A DNA stretch of 58,855 bases from Lobosporangium transversale (lineage: Eukaryota). A program made the translations under genes and the position numbers. The stretch lies in the NCBI RefSeq assembly GCF_002105155.1, contig NW_019028981.1, forward strand, positions 1,674,001-1,732,855. The letters are read 5' to 3'. Below the pieces are notes generated by a model. That model saw nothing but the letters and a program-made list of their open reading frames with translations, made no database searches and had not been told where the DNA came from. Shown here piece by piece: positions 25,392 to 37,638 of the stretch. Positions within the stretch are counted from its first letter, which is position 1. Every line of letters begins with the position of its first letter.

Positions 25392-27221
25392 ATGATGGCA
25401 TCTATTCCAGCATCGGAGTCATTACCGTCATCATCGTCGAACAGCCCTTCTAATGAGGTGCTGCAATTACCGGAGCTGCTGGAAAAAATAGCCACATATG
25501 TCTCGCACACCGACACCCTCCATTCAGCACTTGTTTGTAAGACTTGGGGCTCTGTTTTCACAGCTAACCTCTGGCGCAAATTGAATATGCCTCCAATTCA
25601 CAAGAGCAGCTTCATCAACGGCTTGTTACATCGGGGCCACCATGTTCGTTCACTTACACTTGTCGGTCAATTTGATCACATGTTGTTTTACAAGTCTTGT
25701 CCACAGTTAACTCTGCTTGACCTGACTCTAGCACAATCACTTAATGTGTTTGGACTCCACAATATGGCTCGCTGTCTGCCTAATCTCAAGATCTTAAGGC
25801 TCAATTGCTGCTATGGTCAAAGCTTGTCTTGGCTTGGCCCTTTGACACAACTCGAATGTCTCGAGGAGTTTGCCATGATTAATGACATGCCAGAGTATTC
25901 ACAGAGTGATGTGCCATCGATTTCTGAGCATGAACAATCTTTATATGTCCAGAGTTTAGATGAGGCCTCAAATTCAGTCAATACAGATGTTGATCCAGAT
26001 GAGATGCTTGAAGCTGATCAAGGATTTAGTTATGTAGCGATAGAGGAAGTGGAGCCAACAGATACGACAGAAGAATTGGATCTACAACCAGATTATTTGG
26101 GAGAATTCTTGATTGCTCGTGCCGCAACATTGACTAACTTGAGCCTCGAAGGATTGGACCTGCTTGGATTTAAGCTCTTCAAAACTTATAGTCAGACAAA
26201 TAGTGTAGTAAAGGATGCTACAACACCTACCAGCTCGCCTTGCGCCACAGAGTCTTCTATAATACCAACCATATCCATCAAGCGCCTGAATCTTTCGAAA
26301 ATAGGTGTTTATCATACGAGTTCTGTCATAGAGCCACTTTTAATGCAGTGCCATGGCCTTGAGACATTAGACATATCAGGGAACTTCGAGAAACCATGGG
26401 ACATGTTCCAATGGTCGTTACTTCCTCGATATTGTTTGAAGCTTACCTCTTTAAATTTGGGTCAGTTATCATCTATCGACAATGATCAACTGGTACAAGT
26501 CGTGCGATGTTGTCCGGGGTTCCGCTCGTTGCTGGCACCACAATCCAACCTTCATAGCAAAGTTCTGGACGCCATTGTAGATAGATGGTTAGAGACATTA
26601 CATGATTTAGGTGGAGCTCGAGAGTTCACTGTTCAGAAGACTGGATTCCTAGAACTCGACATTTCCTGGTGTTCAGAGATTAAGCAAGAGTCAGTTCAGC
26701 GGCTATTGAAGCATGTATCGACGCTGAAGAGCTTTAGATGTTCATGGTGTCAACAAATTGATCTAAGCTTATTTCAATTAGAATGGAGTTGTCTGGGTCT
26801 TATTGAGTTGGAAGCACAGGGACTTGACAAGCCAACTACAACTGATGACGAATTCAGCTGCTCACCTGAAGTTCACATGTTTAAACGGATATCCCAATTC
26901 AGCTTTCTGAGGCACCTCGCAATTGGGTCCGATGAGGTGATGGCATCTATCACAAATGGGTTTGAGTTGTTGGGACTGCGAAAGGCTGGCAACAACGATG
27001 AGCAGACGGCGAAGCCCTGCTTGAATCAACTTCAATATCTGTCTATTATTGGGCATGAAGAGAGCCCATTAGGAATAAGTGAAATGTCAGTCGTGGCCAG
27101 TTCGTTTCCTCAGCTGCGTCATTTTCACTTTGGGCTTGGGCTAGTATCACCAGAGATGCAAACTTGGTTGGCTGGACAACGACCTGATGTTCATCAGGAG
27201 GAGCAGCGCATCTACTATTGA
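25392..27221 (+). CDS. F-box/LRR (RNI-like) protein, intronless, 609 aa
   Basis: F-box-like LQLPELLEKIATYV...ALVCKTW; LRRs such as CPQLTLLDLT, CHGLETLDIS and LELDISWCSEI; WSCLGLIELE motif. Confidence 0.88.
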   Translation: MMASIPASESLPSSSSNSPSNEVLQLPELLEKIATYVSHTDTLHSALVCKTWGSVFTANLWRKLNMPPIHKSSFINGLLHRGHHVRSLTLVGQFDHMLFYKSCPQLTLLDLTLAQSLNVFGLHNMARCLPNLKILRLNCCYGQSLSWLGPLTQLECLEEFAMINDMPEYSQSDVPSISEHEQSLYVQSLDEASNSVNTDVDPDEMLEADQGFSYVAIEEVEPTDTTEELDLQPDYLGEFLIARAATLTNLSLEGLDLLGFKLFKTYSQTNSVVKDATTPTSSPCATESSIIPTISIKRLNLSKIGVYHTSSVIEPLLMQCHGLETLDISGNFEKPWDMFQWSLLPRYCLKLTSLNLGQLSSIDNDQLVQVVRCCPGFRSLLAPQSNLHSKVLDAIVDRWLETLHDLGGAREFTVQKTGFLELDISWCSEIKQESVQRLLKHVSTLKSFRCSWCQQIDLSLFQLEWSCLGLIELEAQGLDKPTTTDDEFSCSPEVHMFKRISQFSFLRHLAIGSDEVMASITNGFELLGLRKAGNNDEQTAKPCLNQLQYLSIIGHEESPLGISEMSVVASSFPQLRHFHFGLGLVSPEMQTWLAGQRPDVHQEEQRIYY

Positions 27222-27341
27222 AATATTAAAAATTAAAACATTCTTGCATTTCAATAAAAACCTGCTTCTGCATTTTCTTGTCAGTTTTGACAAACGCTAC
27301 GACAATCATCACCTTCATCAACCACCACAGTAACAGTTATT

Positions 27342-30300
27342 ATGTCTCCTTTGCCTGGTACGACCGATGGCCGCAAACTATCTTCAGCATCCGTGTCTGC
27401 TACATCTCTATCCTCGTCGAGTCAACTAGAGAGCGGGATGGCAGACCCAGGCTTGACATCCAGCATTAGTACCAGAAGACCCTCAGTCGGATCCACCTTC
27501 TTTGCTTCAGGAAGTAGTAATCACGGAAACGGGCAATCATCTTCACCTTCGCTTTTCCCTGTTCATCATGCTTTAGAAGAACAGCAACAATACTCACAGC
27601 AGCATCGACCACGCCCTAGGAACAACAGCCATAATGGAAGGAGCCATGTCTTCCATCCATTGGATGCGATCGCACAAAACTCTTTGGTGAACCCCTATGC
27701 CAATGCTGAGAGTGGAGGAAATAGCACTTCAGCCAGTAGTAAGCGAAAAAACATTAATAAGGAGGCAGGGGACTCTGGTGGCATTCGCTCATTTTTTCGT
27801 TCATCATCGAGGCCTCCTTCGCCTGTAACTGCAGACTCATCCGACAACTTACCCATCAGTCATACTCGCAAGACATCATTTGGCAGTTACAAGAATTCGA
27901 TTCCAATGAACGGCACTGCCTCGAGCACAACGACATTGAACACATTTTATTCGAGTTCAACAACGCTCCACATTGGCCCCAGCAGCTCAAGTTATGTTAG
28001 CAATAGCGGTATCCTTAGCAGCAGTCTTGGAAACTCTTCCCAACCATATCAGTACCGCCCAGCTCCACACCCATTCAGCTCAGACTCAGGCCGAAGACGC
28101 TCGACTGAGTCATACTCGCGGTCACCTTCTCCCGACTCTTTCCTACAGCGACAGTATCAAGGAGGTATCAGTCCTGGCAAACATCCTGTCCCTGCCACTC
28201 CATCTCAACACCGCACATATCAGCAGACAGAATCCATTAAAGAGTCCCGTCACAGACGTACCAGATCTTCCGATTTCAATGAGATCCGTCCCGGGTTACC
28301 TCAAGAGCTCGCCGAACTCCAGAATAATATCGCCAGCCCTGCCAAAGAGCCTAAGAAGGGTTTGTTTGGCCTGTTCAAGAAAAAGACTCATCATCCTGCT
28401 TCCTCCTCTCCGACTCCGTCATCATCAGCATACCCTACTCTAGATCGTAAGTTTTATTTTATTATGCTCTTAGACGTACTGGTTTATCGATTGATTTTCT
28501 AAATATCAGATGTCATTATTCTTGTCACCAGAGTTATCCCGCAAATATTCAGCCGAAGATCCGCTTTCCATACTCCCACCGCCTACTTTGACCTCAGCAC
28601 AGGGCTTTGCATTGTTATCTGAACAAGATATATCGATAGGATCTGGTTGCTCCTTTGATCGAAGATATGGTAGTGATGGAGGAGATTATCCAAGACATCC
28701 GCCTCCTTTCTCAATTGGCAAAAAAACGTCAAAAAAAGATATTCATGCGGTAATCCTCGTTGAACGGCCGATCTAGATATTTTTTGATCCTCCTTACTTT
28801 CTTAAAACTAACTTTTCATGGCACTTTATATTAATTACGATATCTTTAGCAAGATTCAATTTTCCCAGGATATGTTGGTGAGTGAAGGTTAATATTACTG
28901 CAACTTAGGCATCGATGCAAAGGTGGATTATTGATGAAAGTGTAATGTTCTTCTACCTTGTAGTAGACCAAACCGACTTCCCAGGGCCAATAAGTGTCAA
29001 AGATGATCCCAAGAATGCGCTACGTCAACTTCAGCCTACATCAGCTAGTGGTGCTGACTGGCATGCCCCTGAGAGCTGGGGTGTTCAGTCTATTTCCGGA
29101 TCAACTATAGGTCCCCTTCAAAAGTCACTTGCCTTGAAAACCGAGGACCCTACATCTGATGACATGGAGCAGAGCGATGATGAAAGCTGGGATTATGATA
29201 AAAGGAAGTTGTCAACGATTAGAATCTTCCGGCCAGACACAACTTACACAACTGTTAACTGCCGGTATAATATTACAGCAAGTGAATTGAGCGCAATGCT
29301 TGGCCGAAAGATTTTTAAGCCCGACACATCCAAGTATCATATATATATCCTTCGAAATAACGTTGGTATGTTATTTATACTTGGTTACATTAGTACAGGT
29401 GTTCTCTGTCTTTGTTTCAACTAACAGATCCGTCATTATTTGAATTAGTTCGTCCACTCGGCCCTAACGAAAGGCCTCTCAGCATTTTGCGCCGATGCCT
29501 CGTGCAGTTTGGATATACGGATCAAGACAAATTAGACGAACTCTCTGGAAAGGATAATAGATTCCTATGCCGTTTCACATTTGCAGAGAGTGGGCTTCCA
29601 TTGGTCAAGGTAATAGACATAGACAAATTATGGGCGATAAAAGTATTACAATATCGTTCGTAAATTACTAATATTTTTAGAATAATATGTCAAATTTAGG
29701 AGACTGATTTCCCGGCACATAGTATATATGCCGATGTAAATTTGCAACGCCAATGCTTACCCACAATACCAATCTTCCTGTATTCAAGAGCCAAAGATAT
29801 TGTGCGTTTAAATATTTCGCATAACCAGCGGATGGATTTACCGCTTGATTTTGTGCAGAACTGTAGCGCATTGAGGGACCTTCGAATGGCTTATAATGAC
29901 TTGGATAAGGTTCCAAGCAATGTCCGATACATTTTGAATCTTCAGATCCTAGACGTTCGCGGCAATCGCATTAGGGATCTTCAAAAGGCTCATTTGGAAG
30001 AGGCTCGCAAATTGGATACTTTGATTCTTCAATGCAATCGCTTAAACTCCATTCCGGATGCTTTTCAGGAATTTCAGCATCTGCGCATCCTTAATCTCTC
30101 GAGCAACAACTTTGAGAAGGTGCCAGCTGTACTCTGTACAATTCAATCATTGGAAGAGCTGGATCTCAGTTTCAACAGCATTTCAGAAATCCCTCATGAA
30201 ATCAGTCATCTCGTACGACTGAAGAAGCTACTTTTATACGGCAACGAGATCGGGCCGTTTTTGCCTAAGAGCATGGAGACAATGACGGCTCTACAAAAAC

Positions 30301-33300
30301 TGGATATTCGCCAGAACGGCATATTGAATATAGATGCATTGAACGAACTTCCAGCTCTTGAAGAGTTGTTGGTGGACTACAACACAAAGGTTGTCCTCAA
30401 CAATGCATTTGGCGCGCTGGTGCGACTTTCGATTGTGAAATGCAACATGACTGACATCAATCTACGAGGTACCGGCAACACACTTACCTTCCTCGACCTC
30501 TCTTCGAATAAGCTCTCCAACTTGGCTCCAACCTTGTTTGAACACCTAAGATGCTTGGAAATTCTGAAACTTGATCACAATAGTATAAGCTCTATTCCGT
30601 CGACCGTTGGTGCGCTCAAGAAACTTAGAACGCTTTCAGTTGCGTATAATAATCTCTCTAGTATACCCGATGACATCGCACAGCTTCACTCCCTTATTGA
30701 TCTGGACGTTCGTAGTAATAGTCTTGGAGAGCTCCCCGGAGCTATCTGGAAATGTTCACTCAAGTATCTCAACGCGTCTTCCAACATTCTTGAGTCTTTT
30801 CCAGATCCACCAGGAAACTATAGTCTTAAAGCGGGCGATGAGTCACTCATTACAGCATCATCATCATCAATAACATCATACGATATGGAGCCTGTCGCGC
30901 CTGTCCATTTTCAAGGTCCATCCCCCATCAGTCGCTCCGACCATATCCCCCCACTGGTAACCACACTGGAAACACTGTGTTTGGCTGATAATCGGCTGCC
31001 AGACGATGTTTTCTATCCCCTATCGCGTCTTTGTGCCTTGAAGATTTTAAATTTAAGTCATAATTTTATTGCTGAGATCCCTCGAGGCCAAATACCAAAC
31101 ACAGGTAACATCCAGGAGCTATATTTGAGTGGAAATCAACTCACTAACCTACCTGCGGATGACATCGAGTCGATGCGCAATCTTCAGGTATTGCATGTCA
31201 GCGGAAACAAGCTCACGACGCTCCCTGCAGAGTTGGGAAAGATCAATCGTCTTAAGGTGCTCGATGTTGGCTGTAATATGTTGAAGTACAACATCTTAAA
31301 TTGGCCGTATGACTGGAACTGGTAAGAAAACACATTCGTGATTAAAATGGTTGGTAACACAGTATTCACTTAGAAGAGCTTACAAAGTGTATATTATTAT
31401 CTAATACTATTATCAGGAATTGGAATCTTGAACTCAAGTACCTGAATATGTCTGGAAATAAGCGCCTTCAAATTAAACGGCAGGCAGCTGAAACGATACC
31501 GACAGCATCTCGCCCAGGAAATTTGTCTGAATTCAGTAACCTTACTTGTCTTCGAATTCTTGGATTAATGGATGTTACTATCACAGATAATGTCCCAGAT
31601 GATACCGTAGATAAACGAGTCAGAACATCGACATCCACTCTGCATAATATGTCATATGGTATGGCTGATACTTTAGGCGATGGCGAAAATCTTTGCATTT
31701 GGGATCTTGTTCATCCTAAATTTCAGACTAAGGATGATGAAGTATTATTCGGCCTGTTTGATGGCCGATCTGGAAAGTCTCGATCAAGCTGTCGAATGAC
31801 TAGCCATCTTAAGGATCGGTTCGGCGCGTACTTCAAAATCGAGCTGGAAAAACTAGAAGGTTCTGACACTGTTGTTAGTGCACTTCGGCGCACATTCTTG
31901 GGCCTCGATCGTGAGCTCTGGCCACTTGCTAAAGGGGAAGGTGGCAGGGGAGGAGCTTCTGCACTCGTAGCTTATATCAAAGGAATGACTTTATACACGG
32001 CCAACGTTGGGGACACAATTGCTGTATTAGTCAAGAAATCGGATTCATTTAATGTGATTTCACAAAAGCATATTCCTTGGAACCCAACAGAAGCGGCACG
32101 GATTAAGCGTTCTGGTGGATTTGTTAGCGAAAACGGGCTTTTGAATGACGAGCTAGATATTTCAAGATCGTTTGGACAGTATCATCTTATTCCGATTGTC
32201 AACTCAAACCCATTCATTGAGACCACCACTCTGACGGAGGATGACGATTTTCTGATCATGGCCTCTAAGTCGTTCTGGGATGTCATGTCTTATAATACTG
32301 CAGTGGACATCGCTAAGGCTGGTATGAGGATTTATGGTGACTTGATGCACGCATCTCAAAAGCTGAGGGATATTGCTATTTCGTATGGTGCTCGTGAGCA
32401 TATGGTTGTGATGTTAGTAGGAGTTGGAGATCTATTCAAGAAAAAGGAGCCTTCGGATACTTTGGAATATCACCAGCATAAAAAGAGGCCAAAGCCGACT
32501 GAAGGTCCGATTGATGCCGTAAGTGAAGTCGTCACTTTCATTTGTTAAACCTCCTTTCTTTTTTTCTCAGTGAGCGAGAGTACTCATGGCTTTTACTTGA
32601 ATTATCAAGTTGAAATACTTAAAACCCGAGATAGAGCCTCCACAAGGCGATGTTGCCATGGTTTTCACAGACATCAAGAACTCCTCCAGATTGTGGGAAG
32701 ATATGCCTATTGCCATGGCTATTGCGATTAAGGAGCAGTTTAACATCATGCGACGCCAGCTCCGCTCTATTGGTGGGTACGAGGTCAAAAACGAAGGTGA
32801 CGCTATGATGGCGTCATTTTCGAGTGTGCCAGCTGCCATATTGTGGTGCTTTAAGGTGCAGGAACTACTCATATCCGCAGACTGGCCGCAGGATATTCTA
32901 GATACTGAGGATGGTCAGACAATTTTTAGCGCCTCGGATCCTAATCAACCCATCTATAAAGGGCTTTCTGTTCGTATGGGGATCCATTGGGGACAACCCG
33001 TAAGCCATCGGGATGAAGTGACACGGCGAATGGACTACTATGGGACGATGGTCAACCGTGCGGCTCGAATTTGCGCCTCGGCTGATGGTGGAGAAATATG
33101 TGTCAGCAGTGAAGTAGTTAAGGTGATGCAGAACATACTTTCGGACTCTTCTTTGGAATATTCTGACTTTCCGGATGCTGAGCATGTTCGAGAGATGATG
33201 AAGCTCGGCTACGTAGTGATCGATATTGGTGAAAAGAAGCTAAAAGGGCTAGAAACCCCAGAAAGCCTGCATCTACTCTACACCCGGTTACTCGCTGAGC

Positions 33301-33926
33301 GTTACACAACAGAGGCTAAGAGTGTTGCAGCTACTCCCGTCTTAGGAACTGTAAAATGATATCTATAGTTTGAGACGAACTGCATGTCAAGGTACAATTG
33401 GTAGTCTGGTTCATGCATAGTAATATGCTTTTTTTTTTCTTTTTTTCTTTTTATCATCATAGCAGGAGGTATTGACACAACCGACATGCTTGGATCCGAC
33501 TTCGGTGCGGGTGATACAGAGCATATGCTTACGTCTTGAGCGACTTGTTTCAGGGGCTGTGTCCAAATATGGACGCGCGACGGAGCAAGACCTGGCTTTG
33601 CTCTCGCTAACCATCAGAGATAATGCGGATCAAGATGACCTTAGACGCATTGCTGAGAATTGCATATGGAGGATTGAGGTAAGTTTTTTTTTTTTTATAA
33701 AATCTTCTGCTTTGGCATTTTTTTTGGTCGAAAACTAATCCATACCTTCTTTTTGCTCTTTATTTAGAATTGTTTCTCGCAGTTATACATGGCCAAATCT
33801 GGACAATATGTTGCTGTGTATGATAGACTGACTAAGGTCTTAAAAAATGATCCGAACTACATCTTGCAGGCGCTACAGCAATATGTAAGTATGGTGGGCA
33901 GTATGGGATCTACTGCGCTTTTGTGA
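27342..33926 (+). CDS. CYR1: Fungal adenylate cyclase (Ras-association, LRR, PP2C-like and class III cyclase domains)
   Basis: WHAPESWGV; IRIFRPDTTYTTVNC; many LRRs ending NWPYDWNW; PP2C-like LFGLFDGR; cyclase VFTDIKNSS, GYEVKNEGDA, RMGIHWG, RMDYYGTMVNRAARI. Last exon ends at TGA 33926. Confidence 0.96.
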
Positions 33927-34285
33927 AGTCGTCAATGAGAGAAAGAAAAAAGCAGACTCTTGTATGAGTATGGAGCTGGATATACCCTAGCCAAGCCTGT
34001 CAAATAGAACATTTTTTTCGAAATATAAGATAACATTATGATAAACTGGAATGAGGTTCGCCTATTCAAAGGTTATGAAATGTCAGTGATCAGAGCCTTT
34101 TATTGTGACGGTCTCACTCCGTCAAACAGCTGTACTAATGTGATTCTTGTCTTCATTTTCCACAAACTTTTTGCATCACTTCATTGCACTTCGCATCGTT
34201 CTTCTCCTCCATTTACATCTCGGCATATTATCCCTCAAATAAAAAAAAGAAAAAGAGAGTATTCTGCATAGTGCAGTGAGAGCAA

Positions 34286-36004
34286 ATGTCACGAAGGACA
34301 GTAGTCCATTATGGACCCGATTCGACCTCCAGTTCCACATTTTCGACTAGATCCAATGCTCTGCCTACTACCAGAAGCATAAGTCTTTCTAAACGTGTAG
34401 CCAATCATTCCAACGACATTGTCGCTTACTTCCATGATGAGGAAGTTGGAAACTATCACTATGGGGTATGATCATTTGAAATTAGAAAAGCAAATTGGGA
34501 ATCTTTATGTCTAGGTTATTAGCCTTGGTTTTGTGAATTTATCATTGAAACCATGGTACGCTTCTGATGGATGATAGGAGCGGCATCCAATGAAGCCACA
34601 TCGACTTACTTTGACTAACCATCTGGTGATAGCGTACGATCTACACAAGAAAATGGAAGTTTTTCAGCCTCGTAGGGCAACGGATGAGGAGATCATGGAC
34701 TTTCATGCCCCAGATTACATCGATTTTTTAAAAAGGTTGGTTTGGTTTTGAAACTGCTTTTTTTTTTTTGCTTTATGAAGCATAGCCACTGACAGACAAT
34801 GTTTTTATTTAATGAAATTCAGGGTCACACCAGAAAACATGAATAATTTCAGTAAAGTTTTTAGTCGTTATAATGTCGGGGATGACTGTCCTGTTTTTGA
34901 CGGCATGTTTGACTTTTGCAAGATCTACTCTGGCGCGACTATGGATGCGGCCCGCAAGTTGACTAATGGCTCTGCTGATATCAGTATCAACTGGTCTGGA
35001 GGTTTGCATCATGCTAAGCGGGTTGAGGCATCAGGCTTTTGTTATGTTAATGATATTGTTCTGGGGATCTTCGAATTACTTAGGTGAGTATCATTCTTGG
35101 GAGTAGATGTGTTGTCCGCATCTGAGGGCCATCAATAGTGAACCCAGCTATTTTAATTATTAAACTAATAACTAGACATTACCCTCGAGTTCTCTATGTT
35201 GACATCGACATTCACCATGGGGACGGAGTGCAGGAGGCGTTTTACGCGACGGATCGAGTCATGACGGTTTCTTTTCATAAATACAATGGTGACTTCTTTC
35301 CGGGAACTGGAGACATCGACGAGATTGGAAGCGGGATCGGGAAGCATTATTCACTGAATGTGCCACTCAAAGATGGTATTGACGATGACTCCTACATTTA
35401 TTTATTCAAGTCGGTGATGGAAGCAGTTATCAATTCATTCAGGCCTTCCGCGATCGTCCTACAGTGTGGCGCAGATTCGCTAGGATGCGATCGACTAGGA
35501 TGCTTCAACTTATCTATAAAGGCGCACGGAGAATGTGTTCGATTCATAAAGGACTTTAAGTTACCGCTATTAGTGCTTGGTGGAGGAGGATACACGATTC
35601 GAAATGTGGCAAGGTGCTGGGCTTATGAGACATCCATTTTAGTGGACCATGAAGTCTCAAATGACTTGCCATACCATGAGTACATCGATTATTTTCAACC
35701 AGATTACAAGCTTCATCCACATCTTTCTGGAAAAGTAGAAAACATGAATACCAAGCAATATATTCGGAACCTTAGGATCAAAGTTCTGGAGCACCTCAGG
35801 TTTTTAAATGGTGCACCCAGTGTTCAGATGCAAGAAATACCTCCAGATATTCAAGGATTCCTGGAAATGAATGACGAAGAAGAGGCAGAGCTGCTGGCTG
35901 ACTCTGCTAAGGGAAAAGAAGAAAAGGAACAACAGCGTACACGCGATCACCAAAATGAGTTCTTCGATAGCGAGCGTGACATCGACATGGAGGACGAGAG
36001 CTAG
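34286..36004 (+). CDS. HOS2: Class I histone deacetylase Hos2/HDAC3-like (4 exons)
   Basis: [78 protein letters not shown]. Confidence 0.95.
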
Positions 36005-36685
36005 CGCTTCAAAAAAAATAAAATAAAAATAAAAAAATAAAAATCATTTCTTTATTAATACTGTTATTAAATGAAGACAATGAATTTGCGTATTTACTTC
36101 AGAGAGCGTGAGGATCGGATTCTTTGCAATGGTTAGGTAGTCTCACCCAAAAAGATATCCATCACTCTTGTCTTCAACTAAAACCTATCTTTACAGCACT
36201 CTATTCACATTATGACCGCCATTTTCAAGGTGCTACTGTAATGGCTCACAGCATACTAAAGAGAGATATCTTAATAAACGGACTAATAATATATTCATCA
36301 TCTTATTCACTGTATACTTCTCGTCTATCCAAAACTTCCTTGGATACTGCCTTTTTTATGGGCAATTTTTACTGTCATATTCGTATATATAATGCTAATA
36401 CTACTAGTAAGGGTCATTAGCACCTATAGCGTATGCTTGACCGGCCAATCTCAACAATGCAAACAAGGATAATATCAGAGTGGCTGACGAGGGATTTCTT
36501 CAGACGCCAAGCTCCTGCTGCATTGGGATAACACTCAGTCTCCTGATATTGAAGTAGACATATCCAATCAAAACATTCTATCAGTGGACTGCATGTCTAC
36601 TCCGGTCAACATGTGGCTTATGGATCCGTAATAACAAACTCATCTATTCCTCAATCCCTTTGTCACCTTTCAGCAATACTTTGTC

Positions 36686-37477
36686 ATGCTTCGCACTATC
36701 CATCGATTAGGATTAGTTTCCAATGGGAGGTTTTGGGCTCAGCAATCGCCCATGACTGGAACTCATGTAGGCAGGATGTCGGTCGCATTCTTTCATACTG
36801 GCAGTCGCCCTAACTCACTGACAGGCTCTCCCAATGTTGCCACAACACCATCAAAACCACTACCTCCTCCCATGGTTGCCACTTCAATGCAAAGCAAGAT
36901 TGGACCCTCTTTACAAACACAACAATCATCAGTAATACCACCAGCTGAGATAAACATAGACAATGAGCTGGAGACAGAAGGTGTTGAAGATAGGCACATG
37001 TCGTCTGCGTTCGCTGAGTTTGTCCCTGTGTTACCAGAATTAGCCCGCTCGATGGACGATAATCCAATTCTCAAACAACTTGTCAATACGATTATGAAAG
37101 ACGGAAAGAAAGCTCGTGCACAACGCTTTGTGGCAGATACACTACTAGAAATTCGATCTAGAACTCAATCGGATCCTTATCAAGTGATCTTGGATGCGCT
37201 TGAGTTGGCTAGTCCTATTCTGAAATTGACGCCAATTAAGAAAGGTTCTAAGGTATTGCAGGTCCCTAATCCGATGACAGAGAGGCAAAGACGTAGGAAG
37301 GCAATCGTATGGATTTTAGAGGCCAGTGACAAACGAAAAGGCGAGAAGAAGTTCAAGGATAGGCTGGCCAGTGAATTTTTGGCTGTGGTAAACGGTAACA
37401 GCGGAGCATTGATCAAGAAAAATCAACAACATAAAATGGCGTTGGCCAACAGGGCTAATGCATCATTGAAATATTAA
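36686..37477 (+). CDS. RSM7: Mitochondrial ribosomal protein uS7m
   Basis: Presequence-like start; LVNTIMKDGKKARA, QRRRKAIVWIL, QQHKMALANRAN. Confidence 0.93.
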   Translation: MLRTIHRLGLVSNGRFWAQQSPMTGTHVGRMSVAFFHTGSRPNSLTGSPNVATTPSKPLPPPMVATSMQSKIGPSLQTQQSSVIPPAEINIDNELETEGVEDRHMSSAFAEFVPVLPELARSMDDNPILKQLVNTIMKDGKKARAQRFVADTLLEIRSRTQSDPYQVILDALELASPILKLTPIKKGSKVLQVPNPMTERQRRRKAIVWILEASDKRKGEKKFKDRLASEFLAVVNGNSGALIKKNQQHKMALANRANASLKY

Positions 37478-37638
37478 AAATCTGCAATTTTAGAAAACAG
37501 CTCACATGTATTTTTCATGAACTGTCTACTAATGAAACTGAAAGTGGATGATGTTTCACACAGTCATTCATCACACCATTCTCTCTTCTTCCTCCTCTCG
37601 CTCCGCTTGTACTTCGTGTGTTTATTATTACTATAACG

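Noticed and set aside
32780..32815. CYR1 VKNEGD instead of VKTEGD as an altered cyclase
   Set aside because: Both metal-binding Asp residues, the Lys and NRAAR are intact, so there is no basis for changed activity.
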